Assembly (NCBI GenBank): GCA_913060555.1
Contig: CAJXRS010000001.1
Span: 4,231 to 68,230, forward strand
Length of the DNA stretch: 64,000 nucleotides
From: an uncultured Gammaproteobacteria bacterium
GTDB taxonomy: Bacteria > Pseudomonadota > Gammaproteobacteria > Pseudomonadales > Porticoccaceae
Direction: 5' to 3'
Shown: positions 7,774 through 19,199 of the stretch, one piece after another
Layout: every line of letters starts with the position of its first letter
Position numbering within the stretch: the stretch's first letter is position 1
Translations under genes and position numbers: made by a program
The notes under the pieces: generated by a model
What the model saw: the letters and a program-made list of their open reading frames with translations, nothing else
What the model was told of the DNA's origin: nothing
The model's database searches: none

Positions 7774-9702
7774 TCAACGCTCGAAGTAGGTGTAGCCACG
7801 CAATCCGGTGGCGTAGAGTTCCACCAGCTGCTGGCGTTCCACTGGACTGATCTTGCCGCTGCGTACGCCGCGTTCGGCGCTATGGCGAAACTTCTGCAGC
7901 AGAGTCTGGGGGTGGTACTCCACATAGCTCAGCACGTCGGCCACGCTGTCGCCCTCCACCTCCTTGACGTAGTCGAAGTTGCCGTCGGCATTGATCCGCA
8001 CGCTCACCACATGGGTGTCGCCGAGCAGGTTGTGGAGATCGCCCAGGGTCTCCTGGTAGGCGCCGACCAGAAATACCCCCAGGTAGTATTCGTCGCCGGC
8101 GACCAGCGGGTGTAGTGGCAGGGTCTTGTGCAGGGCGCCGTCCCAGGCGAAGCGGTCGATCTTGCCGTCGCAGTCGCAGGTGATGTCGGCCAGGATCGCC
8201 CGCCGGGAGGGTGCTTCGTCGAGGCGGTGAATGGGCATGATCGGGAATATCTGGTCGATCGCCCAGATGTCGGGCAGCGACTGAAACACGCTGAAGTTGC
8301 CGTAGTAGATATCGGAGAGGCCCTCTTTCAGACCGGCGAGATCCGGATACTCATCTTCGCGGCCGATGATGACGGTTTTGATGCGCTGCAGGATTTCAAG
8401 ATAGATGTTCTCGGCCAGCGCCCGCGAGCGCAGGTTGATCTGACCGCGGCGGAACAGGTCGCAAATCTCGTCGCGGTAGAACAGCGCGTCGTTGTAGCAC
8501 TCCTGGGCGCGGGCGAAGTTGACCGTGGCCATCACTTCCCAGAGGTTGTGCACGTTCTCGTGCTCATCTTCCGCGACGATTTCCGGCAGCCGGTGGGCCT
8601 CGAAGCGGGTCACGTCGAGAATGTTGAAGATCAGTACCGAGCCGTAGGCCACCAGTGCCCGGCCGGACTCGGTGATTATGGTGGGGTGGGAGATGTCGTG
8701 GAGGTCGAGCGCGCTCATCACCACTTCGACAATATCCAGGCAGTACTCTTCCAGCGAGTAGTTCATGCTGTGGACATGGCTGGAGCGGCTGCCCTCGTAG
8801 TCCACCGCCAGGCCGCCGCCGAGATCCAGGTTGCCGAGCGGTGCGCCTTCGCGGGCCAGGTCGACGTAATAGCGGCAGGCCTCCATGACTCCGGTGCGGA
8901 TGTCGCGGATGTTGGGGATCTGCGAACCCAGGTGGACGTGCAGCATTTCCATGCAGTCGAGCATGTCGTTAGCCTTGAGCTCGTCGACCAGGTCGATCAG
9001 CTGCATGGAGGTCAGCCCGAAAATGCTGCGATCTCCGCTGGTGGCGTTCCAGTGGCCACTGACCCGGGACGACAACTTGACGCGCGCGCCGATCCTCGGG
9101 CGGATGCCGGCGTTCTGGCCACAGCGGATCAGCAGCGGCAGTTCCGCCGGTGTCTCCACTACGAAGAAAATCCGGTAACCGAGCTTCTGTGCCATCAGGC
9201 CGAGGTTGATGAACTCCTCGTCCTTGTAACCATTGCAGACGATATAGCCCTGATCGGCATCCAGGCTGGCCAGGGCGATGAGCAATTCCGCCTTGCTGCC
9301 GGCCTCCAGACCATGCCCGAAACGGGCGCCGAAACTGGCCACCTCGTCGATGACCTGCGACTGCTGGTTGACCTTGATGGGGAATACGCCCCGATAACTG
9401 CCGCGGTAGCCGGATTGGGCAATGGCGCGGGCAAAACTTTGATTGAGCAACGCGATCTGGGCGTCGAGGATGTTTTCGATGCGCACCAGCACCGGCATGG
9501 GCAGGCCGCGCTCTTGCAGGCCGCGTACGATATCAATGAGGTTGACGGTGCAGTTTTCGCCGCCGATCTCGGCGCGGACCTGGAGCAGTCCGGTCGCGGA
9601 GACCTGGAAATGCCCGGCGCTCCAGTAGTCGACCCCGTACAGATCGGCGGCGCGTTCCGCGGTCCAGTCGGCATCATGGTGCTGCGGGGAGCTCGGGTTC
9701 AT
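7774..9702 (-). CDS. speA: Biosynthetic arginine decarboxylase
   Basis: 642-aa ORF. N-terminus WTAERAADLYGVDYWSAGHFQV and overall length and architecture are typical of SpeA. Confidence 0.92.
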   Translation of the reverse strand: MNPSSPQHHDADWTAERAADLYGVDYWSAGHFQVSATGLLQVRAEIGGENCTVNLIDIVRGLQERGLPMPVLVRIENILDAQIALLNQSFARAIAQSGYRGSYRGVFPIKVNQQSQVIDEVASFGARFGHGLEAGSKAELLIALASLDADQGYIVCNGYKDEEFINLGLMAQKLGYRIFFVVETPAELPLLIRCGQNAGIRPRIGARVKLSSRVSGHWNATSGDRSIFGLTSMQLIDLVDELKANDMLDCMEMLHVHLGSQIPNIRDIRTGVMEACRYYVDLAREGAPLGNLDLGGGLAVDYEGSRSSHVHSMNYSLEEYCLDIVEVVMSALDLHDISHPTIITESGRALVAYGSVLIFNILDVTRFEAHRLPEIVAEDEHENVHNLWEVMATVNFARAQECYNDALFYRDEICDLFRRGQINLRSRALAENIYLEILQRIKTVIIGREDEYPDLAGLKEGLSDIYYGNFSVFQSLPDIWAIDQIFPIMPIHRLDEAPSRRAILADITCDCDGKIDRFAWDGALHKTLPLHPLVAGDEYYLGVFLVGAYQETLGDLHNLLGDTHVVSVRINADGNFDYVKEVEGDSVADVLSYVEYHPQTLLQKFRHSAERGVRSGKISPVERQQLVELYATGLRGYTYFER

Positions 9703-9805
9703 GACTGCCTCCCGGGGCGGGAAAAACGCCGCGAATGGTGCGACTAATCGGGGTCGAATTCAAGCTTTATGACGGAGGCGCAGCTCGGTCTCCGCGCCCG
9801 CCGCG

Positions 9806-11110
<1,305 letters not shown>

Positions 11111-12307
11111 TCAGGGTGCCGGCGGCGCTGGATCGACCCGGTAGCCGGCCGGGCCCTCGGCGAGGACGCGATCGCAACCCAGCTCGGCGAGATTCACCTG
11201 TTGACCGGCGAAGCCGCACACGACCCGCTCTCCGGCGGCGCGCAGGCGGGTGATCTCGGTCTGTGCCCCGGGGCCCAGTTCGGCGGGGGCGAAAATACCC
11301 GGCGCCACCGGGTTGGCTGCGGCCACCAGGTCGCACAGGAAGCCCAGGTCGATCCCGAATCCAGTGGCGGGACGGGCGCGGCCGAACTCGGCGCCCACCC
11401 GGTCGTAGCGGCCACCATGACCCAGGGCGGCGGTGGTCGCTGGACAGTAGGCGGCGAACACGATGCCCGTGTGGTAGTGGTAACCGCGCAGCTCACCGAG
11501 ATCGAGAAACAGCCCCAGCCGGGGGTGGCGCCGGCCCAGAGCCTCCACCACAGCGCCCAGTGCGCGCAGCGCCCCATGGACCGCGGCCGGCGCGTCCTGG
11601 AGTTCGGCGGCGGCGCGATCCAGGACTTCGACCCCGCCGCACAGGGCCGGCAGTGCGGCCAGCAGCCGGGCGAGGCGCCGATCGGGTATCTCCCGCGCCA
11701 GCCAGGAGGCGAGCCCGGCATCCTTGCGTTGCAGCAGGTCGAAGAGTTCGCGTTTGCGCTTTGCGTCCAGATCCAGTTCGCTTTCGAGGCTGCGGTAGAT
11801 GCCGACATGGCCCAGGTCCAGGTGCAGTTGCTCGAGACCGGCGTGGTGCAGAGTCGCCACCAGCAGCGCCATCACCTCCAGGTCCGCTTCCAGGGCGGAC
11901 TCGCCGAAGAGTTCGACGCCGAGTTGAATCGGCGAGCGCGACTCGAGCGGATTGCGCGGCCGGGTATAGAGCACCTGGCCGGCATAGCAGAGTCGGGTAG
12001 GGCCCTCCCGGCGCAGGCTGTGGGCGTCCATGCGTGCCGCCTGGGGGGTGATATCGGCGCGCACGCCCATCATACGGCCGCTGATCTGGTCGGTGATCTT
12101 GAAAGTCATCAGGTCGAGGTCGGAGCCGACACCGCTGAACAGCGCCGTGGTGAATTCCGCGAGCGGTGGGATCACCAGGTCGTAACCCCAGGTATGGTAG
12201 AGATCGAGCAGCCGGCGGCGCAGCCGTTCGACGCGCAATGCGCGGTCGGGCAGGATCTCCTCGATGCCGTCGGGCAGCAGCCAGCGATCGTCGCAATCCA
12301 TGATCAT
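11111..12307 (-). CDS. hisZ: ATP phosphoribosyltransferase regulatory subunit HisZ
   Basis: 398-aa HisRS-like paralog (LPDGIEEILP..., YHTGIVFAAY) immediately upstream of purA, as in many proteobacteria. Confidence 0.85.
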   Translation of the reverse strand: MIMDCDDRWLLPDGIEEILPDRALRVERLRRRLLDLYHTWGYDLVIPPLAEFTTALFSGVGSDLDLMTFKITDQISGRMMGVRADITPQAARMDAHSLRREGPTRLCYAGQVLYTRPRNPLESRSPIQLGVELFGESALEADLEVMALLVATLHHAGLEQLHLDLGHVGIYRSLESELDLDAKRKRELFDLLQRKDAGLASWLAREIPDRRLARLLAALPALCGGVEVLDRAAAELQDAPAAVHGALRALGAVVEALGRRHPRLGLFLDLGELRGYHYHTGIVFAAYCPATTAALGHGGRYDRVGAEFGRARPATGFGIDLGFLCDLVAAANPVAPGIFAPAELGPGAQTEITRLRAAGERVVCGFAGQQVNLAELGCDRVLAEGPAGYRVDPAPPAP

Positions 12308-12324
12308 TCCCTCGGGTAGCGCCG

Positions 12325-12513
12325 CTACCGGCTCAGGTTCAGCAGCAGCGCGCCCGCCGCGAGCATGGTGAAGCCGATCAGACGCAGGCTGCGATCGTTG
12401 ATTCGGGTGGCGGTGAGCGCCGCTTCACGCCAGCGCCCGGGCGCGGCGAACGGCAGCAGGCCTTCGATGATCAACATCAGGCACAGTGCCCGCAGCAGTT
12501 CTTGCCACGCCAT
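12325..12513 (-). CDS. DUF2065 (YjeT-like) small membrane protein
   Basis: 62-aa ORF with two hydrophobic helices (LCLMLIIEGLLPF..., IGFTMLAAGALLL). Conserved position after hflC. Confidence 0.7.
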   Translation of the reverse strand: MAWQELLRALCLMLIIEGLLPFAAPGRWREAALTATRINDRSLRLIGFTMLAAGALLLNLSR

Positions 12514-12589
12514 TTACCGCCCTCAAGCTGAATGCCGGGATTGTTGCGCCGGGGCTCGTGTTTGGGCCTCCCGGCGCAGTTTCGGCCAC

Positions 12590-12612
12590 AAAAAAACCGG
12601 GTCGCCCCGGTT
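12590..12612 (-). terminator. Rho-independent terminator downstream of hflC
   Basis: On the minus strand it reads aaccggg-gcga-cccggtt followed by a T-run (A-run 12590-12596 on plus). It is preceded by a second GC hairpin, ggcgagggc-tgtc-gccctcgcc, at 12632-12653. Confidence 0.7.
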
Positions 12613-12655
12613 GCGGAATGCTAGCACCTCGGGCGAGGGCTGTCGCCCTCGCCGC

Positions 12656-13537
12656 TCAGTTTTTTTCCGCCTTGCTGTCTTTCAGGTACCGGAAAAAGTC
12701 GCTGTCCGGTTCCAGTACCAGCAGGTCGTCGCGAGACGCGAAGGAGTCGCGATAGGCCTGCAGGCTGCGGGTGAAGGCGTAGAACTCGGGATCCTGCTGG
12801 AAGGCTTGCGCATAGATGCCGGCGGCCTCGGCATCGCCGTCGCCGCGCACCAGCTGTGCGTCCCGGTAGGCGTTGGCGCGGATCACGGTGACCTGGCGAT
12901 CGGCTTCGGCGCGTAACTTTTCGGCCGTCTCCAAGCCCAGCGCGCGCAGCTCGCGCGCCTCTTTCTCACGCTCGGCGGTCATGCGCTGAAAGACCTGTTC
13001 ACTGACTTCCTGCGGCAGGTCGATACGGCGTACACGCACGTCGAGCACCTCGACGCCCAGGGACTTGAGCACCGCGGTATTGAGGGTGGCGGTCATTTCA
13101 TGCATCAATCGATCGCGTTCGCCGGAAACCACTTCGTACAGGGTGCGGGTGCCGAACTCGTTGCGCAGGCCGTCATTGATGCGGTCCGCGAGCCGGCTGC
13201 GGGTGATGTTCTCGACCCCGCCCGTCGCCTTGTAGTAGGTCTGGACATCGGCGATGCGCCACTTGGCGAAGGAGTCGACGATCAGTCGCTTGCGCTCGAT
13301 GGTGAAGAAACTCTCGGGTTCGCCGTCCACGGTCAGCACGCGGGCGTCGAACTTCTTGACCTGGTGAATGACCGGCAGCTTGATATGCAGGCCGGGAGCA
13401 ATGTCGGTCTCGATGATGCGGCCGAACTGCAGCATGATGGCGCGCTCGGTCTCCTTGACCACGAACAGTGCGCCGTTCAATACCAGCAGGATCAGTGCGA
13501 GCCCGATCAGGGCCAGGGTCTTGCGATCTGCGGCCAT
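12656..13537 (-). CDS. hflC: Protease modulator HflC
   Basis: 293-aa SPFH/band-7 protein with an N-terminal TM segment, following hflK. Confidence 0.92.
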   Translation of the reverse strand: MAADRKTLALIGLALILLVLNGALFVVKETERAIMLQFGRIIETDIAPGLHIKLPVIHQVKKFDARVLTVDGEPESFFTIERKRLIVDSFAKWRIADVQTYYKATGGVENITRSRLADRINDGLRNEFGTRTLYEVVSGERDRLMHEMTATLNTAVLKSLGVEVLDVRVRRIDLPQEVSEQVFQRMTAEREKEARELRALGLETAEKLRAEADRQVTVIRANAYRDAQLVRGDGDAEAAGIYAQAFQQDPEFYAFTRSLQAYRDSFASRDDLLVLEPDSDFFRYLKDSKAEKN

Positions 13538-13538
13538 G

Positions 13539-14675
13539 TTACCTGCCCTCCCGGCGAGGAGTTGAAGCCACCTGGCGGCGCAGCAGATCGGCCGCGCGCC
13601 CGGCGATATCGTTGAGCTGGTCGTTGTTGAGCTGGCTCGTGCCGCCTTTCACCGGCCGGTCGGCGCCGGCCAGCTTATCGAGCGGCAGATAGAGCAGGTT
13701 GTTGCCGCCACTGACATCCACCAGCACCTTGGAAGTGTTGCCCAGTACTTCGGAGATGGCTTGTACATAGAGGCGTTGGCGGGTCACCTCCGGGGCCTTG
13801 CGGTACTCGGTGAGCAGTTTTTCGAAGCGCTGCGCCTCCCCTTGGGCTTCGGCGATCACCTGTTCCCGATAGCCCTCGGCCTCCTCGATGGTGCGCTGCG
13901 CCCGCCCCCGCGCCTCGGGCACCACGCCGTTGGCGTAGGATTGCGCCTCGTTGATCACCCGCTCGCGATCCTCCCGCGCCTTGACCACATCGTCGTAGGC
14001 GGCGCGCACCGCGGAAGGCGGTTTCGCCTCCTGGACATTGACCTTGACGATATTGATGCCGGTGCGGTACTGGTCGAGGTAACTCTGCAGACGGCGCGCC
14101 ACCGCGACACTGAGTTCGGCGCGTCCGGTGGAGATCACCTCATCGAACTTGGTGCTGCCGACCTCGTGGCGCAGGGCGCTGTCGGTGGCCTCGCGGAGGC
14201 TGAGTTCGGGATCCCGGACCTCGAGCACATAGTCCTTCACGTCGCCGACGTTGTATTGCACCGTGAGCGGCAGTTCGACGATGTTCTCGTCCTCGGTGAG
14301 CATCTCGTTGCGCGGCTGCGTCTGGTAGCGGCGCTCGGTGGTCACCGCCACCTTGATGACCTGATCCACGAAGCGCGGCCGCCAATGCAGCCCCTCGGTG
14401 GTGATCTGGTGGAACTTGCCGAAGCGCAATACCACTGCCTGTTGCTGGGCGTCGACCTGGTACCAGCCGGACAGGAACCAGAGCGCGGCGAGCACCACGA
14501 GGATGGCGATCACTGGCCCGCTGCCGAGACTGCGGTCACTGCCGCCGCCTCCGCCGCCGCCGCCGAAGATGCGATTGAGGCGATCGGTGAAGCGCTTCAG
14601 TACCGCGTCGAGATCCGGCGGCGACTTGCCGCCACTGCCCCAGGGATCTTTGCCGCCGGGTTCGTTCCAGCCCAT
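13539..14675 (-). CDS. hflK: Protease modulator HflK
   Basis: 378-aa ORF. MGWNEPGGKDPWGSGGKSPPDLD N-terminus, a Gly-rich stretch, a TM segment and an SPFH domain. Confidence 0.92.
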   Translation of the reverse strand: MGWNEPGGKDPWGSGGKSPPDLDAVLKRFTDRLNRIFGGGGGGGGSDRSLGSGPVIAILVVLAALWFLSGWYQVDAQQQAVVLRFGKFHQITTEGLHWRPRFVDQVIKVAVTTERRYQTQPRNEMLTEDENIVELPLTVQYNVGDVKDYVLEVRDPELSLREATDSALRHEVGSTKFDEVISTGRAELSVAVARRLQSYLDQYRTGINIVKVNVQEAKPPSAVRAAYDDVVKAREDRERVINEAQSYANGVVPEARGRAQRTIEEAEGYREQVIAEAQGEAQRFEKLLTEYRKAPEVTRQRLYVQAISEVLGNTSKVLVDVSGGNNLLYLPLDKLAGADRPVKGGTSQLNNDQLNDIAGRAADLLRRQVASTPRREGR

Positions 14676-14746
14676 CGTCCACTCCAGCTTATCGGGTCTT
14701 GGCCTTGTGTATCTGTCCTCCGGATGCGTGATCCGGGGGCTGCGGC

Positions 14747-16030
14747 TTATCGGTTTGCGGAATGCATGTCCCGCGTCCGGTCATCGAGGATCCGCTGCAG
14801 CCGCGCAGCGGGGATGCACAGGTCGACCATGGTACCACCATCGTCGGTTGGGCTCTCCGCCACGACCGCCATGGCTTCGTAGAGCCGGGCGCGGGTGCGG
14901 CCCTGCTGGGGTGCGAGATAGATGCGCCGGCGTACCAGGTCAGGGGACAGGCACTGCCCCAACGCACTATAGAGCAGCGACAGACCTGCGCCGCGCGCCG
15001 CCGACAACCAAACCGCCCGCGGGCAGCCCTGGGCGTCGCGATCCAGTCTCGGCGCGGCACCTGACAAGCGGTCGATCTTGTTGAACACCTGCAGTCTGGG
15101 CACTTCGGCGGCGCCGATCTCTTCGAGCACTCCGGCGACACAGGCGGTCCTTGCCTCCAGATCGGGGTCCGCGGCGTCAACGATTTCCAGAATCAAATCG
15201 GCCGCCGCGGCCTCCTCGAGCGTGGCGCGAAAGGCCGCCACCAGCTGGTGGGGAAGCTCGCGAATGAAACCCACGGTGTCGGAGAGCACCACGGCCCCGA
15301 TGCCGGGCACGGCAATGCGTCGCAATGTGGGATCCAGGGTGGCGAACAGCTGATCGGCGGCCGGCACGTCGGCGTGGGTGAGCGCGTTGAACAGGGTCGA
15401 CTTGCCGGCATTGGTGTAACCCGCCAGCACTACGATGGGCACCCCGCGCCGCTGCCGCGCGGCGCGGCCCAGCCCGCGGCGGCGCTGGACCAGATCCAGT
15501 TTGCGCCGAATGGCGTCGATGCGCCTGCGAATCAGCCGGCGATCGGTTTCGAGCTGGGTTTCCCCGGGGCCGCGCAGGCCGATGCCGCCCTGCTGGCGGG
15601 CGAGATGGCTGGACCGGCCGACCAATCGGGGCAACAGGTGGTCGAGCTGGGCGAGCTCGACCTGCAGGCGGCCTTCGTGGGTGCGGGCGCGGCGCGCGAA
15701 GATGGCCAGGATCAGACCGGTGCGGTCGAGGACGCGGCAGCCCAGCGCTCGCTCTAGGTTGCGTTCCTGGCTGGGGCTGAGTTGGTGATCGAAGATGGCG
15801 AGATCCGCCTTGGTCGCTGCCAGGGCGGTGCGCAGTTCGTCGACCTTGCCGGAGCCAATGAAGGTGCCCGGGTCCGGGCGTTCGCGGCGCCCGCCGAGGC
15901 GGGCGGTGACCAGGCCACCGGCGGCGGCTACCAGGTCGTCGAATTCCCGCGGGTCTGGGTCGCGCCTGTCACCCAGGTCGATGGCCACCGCCACCGCGTG
16001 TTCGGGCTGTGCAATTGTGGGTCTACCCAA
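14747..16030 (-). CDS. hflX: GTPase HflX
   Basis: 427-aa ORF with an HflX N-domain and a G domain (VLAGYTNAGKSTLFNAL, SDTVGFI, NKID). The track start is a TTG abutting the hfq stop, so the exact start is uncertain. Confidence 0.9.
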   Translation of the reverse strand: MGRPTIAQPEHAVAVAIDLGDRRDPDPREFDDLVAAAGGLVTARLGGRRERPDPGTFIGSGKVDELRTALAATKADLAIFDHQLSPSQERNLERALGCRVLDRTGLILAIFARRARTHEGRLQVELAQLDHLLPRLVGRSSHLARQQGGIGLRGPGETQLETDRRLIRRRIDAIRRKLDLVQRRRGLGRAARQRRGVPIVVLAGYTNAGKSTLFNALTHADVPAADQLFATLDPTLRRIAVPGIGAVVLSDTVGFIRELPHQLVAAFRATLEEAAAADLILEIVDAADPDLEARTACVAGVLEEIGAAEVPRLQVFNKIDRLSGAAPRLDRDAQGCPRAVWLSAARGAGLSLLYSALGQCLSPDLVRRRIYLAPQQGRTRARLYEAMAVVAESPTDDGGTMVDLCIPAARLQRILDDRTRDMHSANR

Positions 16031-16291
16031 TCAGCTCTCCGTGTCGCCGTCGTCGTCTTCCTGTCCGGGAACCGCCATGGGCAGACGCACCGGGCGCGCT
16101 GGAACCACGGTGGAGATGGCGTGCTTGTACACCATCTGGCTGACGGTGTTCTTGAGCAGCACGACGAACTGGTCGAAAGACTCGATCTGGCCCTGGAGCT
16201 TGATGCCGTTGACGAGAAAAATCGAAACCGGAATGCGCTCCTTGCGCAGTAGATTGAGAAAAGGGTCTTGTAGGTTGTGCCCTTTTGACAT
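16031..16291 (-). CDS. hfq: RNA chaperone Hfq
   Basis: Start set at ATG 16291. [48 protein letters not shown] is the canonical Sm-like Hfq core. Confidence 0.96.
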   Translation of the reverse strand: MSKGHNLQDPFLNLLRKERIPVSIFLVNGIKLQGQIESFDQFVVLLKNTVSQMVYKHAISTVVPARPVRLPMAVPGQEDDDGDTES

Positions 16292-16457
16292 GATGTGGCT
16301 CCTGGGTGGCTTGGTGATATGGCGGTACTGGAACTCGGGGGTATTGATTTCGGGCTGCGCCCGCGCCCGCAAAAAATGTTGGACAAGCCCTGATCGGCGG
16401 AGTTCTCCGCGTGCCAGAAATGATACGTGCGGTATCCGACGATGTATATCTGGGCGA

Positions 16458-17414
16458 TCAATGCAATTTCAAGCGTCGGATCAGGGTTTCCGCGAGCCCG
16501 CCGTGCACCGCAGTGAAGGGATCGATCTGCGCTTGCAACGGCGCGCGCCAATTGCGCAGCCAAGTGAGCTGACGCTTGGCCAATTGCCGGGTCGCGGCGC
16601 GGGCGGCGGCGGCCATTTCGGCCTCGTCGCAGTCCCCGGACAGATGGGACCATGCCTGCCGGTAGCCTGCGGTGCGCAGGGCCGGCAATCCGCCATGCAG
16701 ATCGCCGCGCGCATGCAGCGCCCGGACCTCGTCGAGCAGGCCGGCGTCCAGCATGGCCGCGAAGCGCCGTTCGATCTGGTGGTGCAATTGCCGTCGGTCT
16801 GCCGGGACCAGGGCGATCATCCTCAGCTCATAGTCCGCTGCCACCGGGCGCTGGCGCTTCGGGAGCAGCCGGGAGGCCGGCTGCCCGGTGACACGGCAGA
16901 TCTCCAGTGCGCGTTGGATGCGCTGCGAGTGTCTGGGATGCAGGCGGGCCGCAGTCTCCGGATCGATCTGCGCCAGCTCGGCGTGCAGGTGCGGCCAGCC
17001 ATGCTGCGCCGCCGTTGCAGCCAATTCCGCGCGTATCGCCGGATCTGCCGGCGGCAGTTCCGCGATACCTTCACAGAGCAACTGGAAATAGAGCATGGTG
17101 CCGCCGACCAGCAGGGGGATGCGGCCGCTGGCGCTGCTCGCCGCCATCTCGCGCCGGGCGTCGGCGATGAACTCGGCGCCGGAATAGGTTGCGGCGGGAT
17201 CGCGGATGTCCACCAGCCGGTGCGGAGCCCGCGTCAGGGTCTCCCGATCCGGCTTGGCGGTGCCGATATCCAGGCCCCGGTAGACCTGGGCGGAATCGAC
17301 GCTGATGATGTCCACCGGCAGGCGTTCGTGCAGCTCGAGGGCCAACGCGGTCTTTCCCGACGCCGTGGGGCCCAGGATGGCGAGTGCCGGCGGGCGCCGC
17401 TGCGGCGTGGCCAT
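16458..17414 (-). CDS. miaA: tRNA dimethylallyltransferase
   Basis: 318 aa. P-loop [16 protein letters not shown] and [21 protein letters not shown]. Confidence 0.93.
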   Translation of the reverse strand: MATPQRRPPALAILGPTASGKTALALELHERLPVDIISVDSAQVYRGLDIGTAKPDRETLTRAPHRLVDIRDPAATYSGAEFIADARREMAASSASGRIPLLVGGTMLYFQLLCEGIAELPPADPAIRAELAATAAQHGWPHLHAELAQIDPETAARLHPRHSQRIQRALEICRVTGQPASRLLPKRQRPVAADYELRMIALVPADRRQLHHQIERRFAAMLDAGLLDEVRALHARGDLHGGLPALRTAGYRQAWSHLSGDCDEAEMAAAARAATRQLAKRQLTWLRNWRAPLQAQIDPFTAVHGGLAETLIRRLKLH

Positions 17415-19199
17415 TCAGCGGCCCCGCAGAAAGAGCTGATCGAGCTCCGCCAGGGGGATCTGGGTCCAGGTGGGGCGGCCGTGATTGCACTGGCCGCTGC
17501 GCGGGGTGCGCTCCATGGCCCGCAACAGGGCATTCATCTCCGCCACCGTGAGCCGGTCGTTGACATGTACCGCCGCGCGGCAGGCCATGTTGCCCAATAC
17601 CCCATCGATGTGTGCCGCCAGGCGTTCGGCGCCGCCGGCCGCCAGCACGTCGGCGAGTACGTCGCGTACCAGGCCCTCGGCGTCGGCGTCGCGCACCAGC
17701 GCGGGGATGGCGCGGATGCGCAGCGCGGCCGGGCCGCTGCGGTCGATCTCCAGGCCGATTGCCCGAAACGCCGCCGCACAGTCCTCCGCGGCGTCGGCTT
17801 CGCTGGCGCTGACCCGGAGCTCGAGCGGAACCAGGAGTGGCTGCGTGGCCAGGTTACCGCGCTGATGGGCGGTCTTCAGACGTTCGTAGAGCACCCGTTC
17901 GTGAGCGGCGTGGAGGTCGACCAGCACCAGGCCCTCCTGGTTCTCGGCGAGAATGAAGGCGCCCTTGAGCTGGGCCAGGGCATAGCCCAGCGGCGGCGGT
18001 TCGGCACCGTCGGCGGGTTCCTCGCGTTCCGCGGGGGCCTGCTCCGGGTGCAGGTCGCGGTAGGCCGCCAGTTGCTCGCGAATCGCTCCCGGCCGCGGTT
18101 GCGCCAGGGCCATCTGCGGTTGCACTCCGGGTCCGGGCGCCGCGGCTTGTTCGCCGCTGTCGATGCGCGCCGGTGGCGGGCGCGTATCTCCGGGGCTGAT
18201 CTCGGCCAGTGCGCGGTGCAGGCTGCCGAACAGGAAGTCGTGGATGTCGCGGGACTCGCGAAACCGGACTTCGTGCTTGGTGGGATGCACATTGACATCC
18301 ACTTCCGCGGGCGGCAGCTCCAGAAACAGCACGAACGCCGGGTGGCGCTGCTGGTAGAGGACGTCCCGGTAGGCCTGGCGGACCGCGTGGGACACCAGCT
18401 TGTCGCGCACGCTGCGACCGTTGACGAAGAAATACTGGAGATCCGCCTGGCTGCGCGAGAAGGTGGGCAGGGCGATCCAACCGCTGAGTCGCAACTCGCC
18501 GTGCTCGAGTTGCAGATGACGTGCCTGCTCCACGAAGGGGCGCCCGCAGATGGCGGCGAGCCGGTGCTCGCGGCCGATCAGATCCGCCGCCGCGGAGAAA
18601 TCCTGGATCTGGCGACCGTTGTGCTGGATGCCTATGGCGACTTCCGGGTGCCCCAGCGCGAGGCGCCGCACCACCTCCTCGATGCGCAGGTATTCGGTGC
18701 GCTCGGTGCGCAGAAACCGCCGCCGAGCCGGGGTGTTGAAGAACAGGTCACGGACTTCGACCGTGGTCCCGCGCGGATGTGGTGCCGGGCGGCTGTCGGC
18801 GTCGCCGCCGTGTACGCACCAGCCGGTGCCGTCGGCTTCGCTGCTCGAGGTCAGCTTGAAGCGCGACACCGAGGCGATACTGGCCAGCGCCTCGCCGCGA
18901 AAACCCAGGGTCGCGACCGCGTCCAGGTCGGAGAGTTGCAGGAGCTTGCTGGTCGCGTGCCGGCACAGCGCCAGGGCGAGGTCCTCGCGCGGGATGCCGA
19001 CGCCGTTGTCGCGGATGCGGATCAGACCGGCGCCACCCTGGCGCAGCTCGATGTCGATGCGGTCGGCACCGGCGTCGAGACTGTTTTCCAATAGTTCCTT
19101 GACCACCGAGGCTGGGCGTTCGACGACTTCGCCGGCAGCGATCTGGTCGGCCAACTGCGGCGGCAGTTGACGAATGCGTGGGGCGTCGGCCACGGTCAC
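17415..19199 (-). CDS. mutL: DNA mismatch repair protein MutL
   Basis: 594 aa. [40 protein letters not shown] ATPase N-terminus. GTG start overlaps the amidase stop (GTGA). Confidence 0.94.
   Translation of the reverse strand: MTVADAPRIRQLPPQLADQIAAGEVVERPASVVKELLENSLDAGADRIDIELRQGGAGLIRIRDNGVGIPREDLALALCRHATSKLLQLSDLDAVATLGFRGEALASIASVSRFKLTSSSEADGTGWCVHGGDADSRPAPHPRGTTVEVRDLFFNTPARRRFLRTERTEYLRIEEVVRRLALGHPEVAIGIQHNGRQIQDFSAAADLIGREHRLAAICGRPFVEQARHLQLEHGELRLSGWIALPTFSRSQADLQYFFVNGRSVRDKLVSHAVRQAYRDVLYQQRHPAFVLFLELPPAEVDVNVHPTKHEVRFRESRDIHDFLFGSLHRALAEISPGDTRPPPARIDSGEQAAAPGPGVQPQMALAQPRPGAIREQLAAYRDLHPEQAPAEREEPADGAEPPPLGYALAQLKGAFILAENQEGLVLVDLHAAHERVLYERLKTAHQRGNLATQPLLVPLELRVSASEADAAEDCAAAFRAIGLEIDRSGPAALRIRAIPALVRDADAEGLVRDVLADVLAAGGAERLAAHIDGVLGNMACRAAVHVNDRLTVAEMNALLRAMERTPRSGQCNHGRPTWTQIPLAELDQLFLRGR

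Noticed and set aside
15795-19094. 1099-aa ORF on the plus strand
   Set aside because: It runs antisense across hflX, hfq, miaA and mutL, all of which have unmistakable conserved sequences on the minus strand. Its composition is Arg/Ala/Gly-rich and low in complexity, typical of stop-free antisense frames in high-GC DNA.
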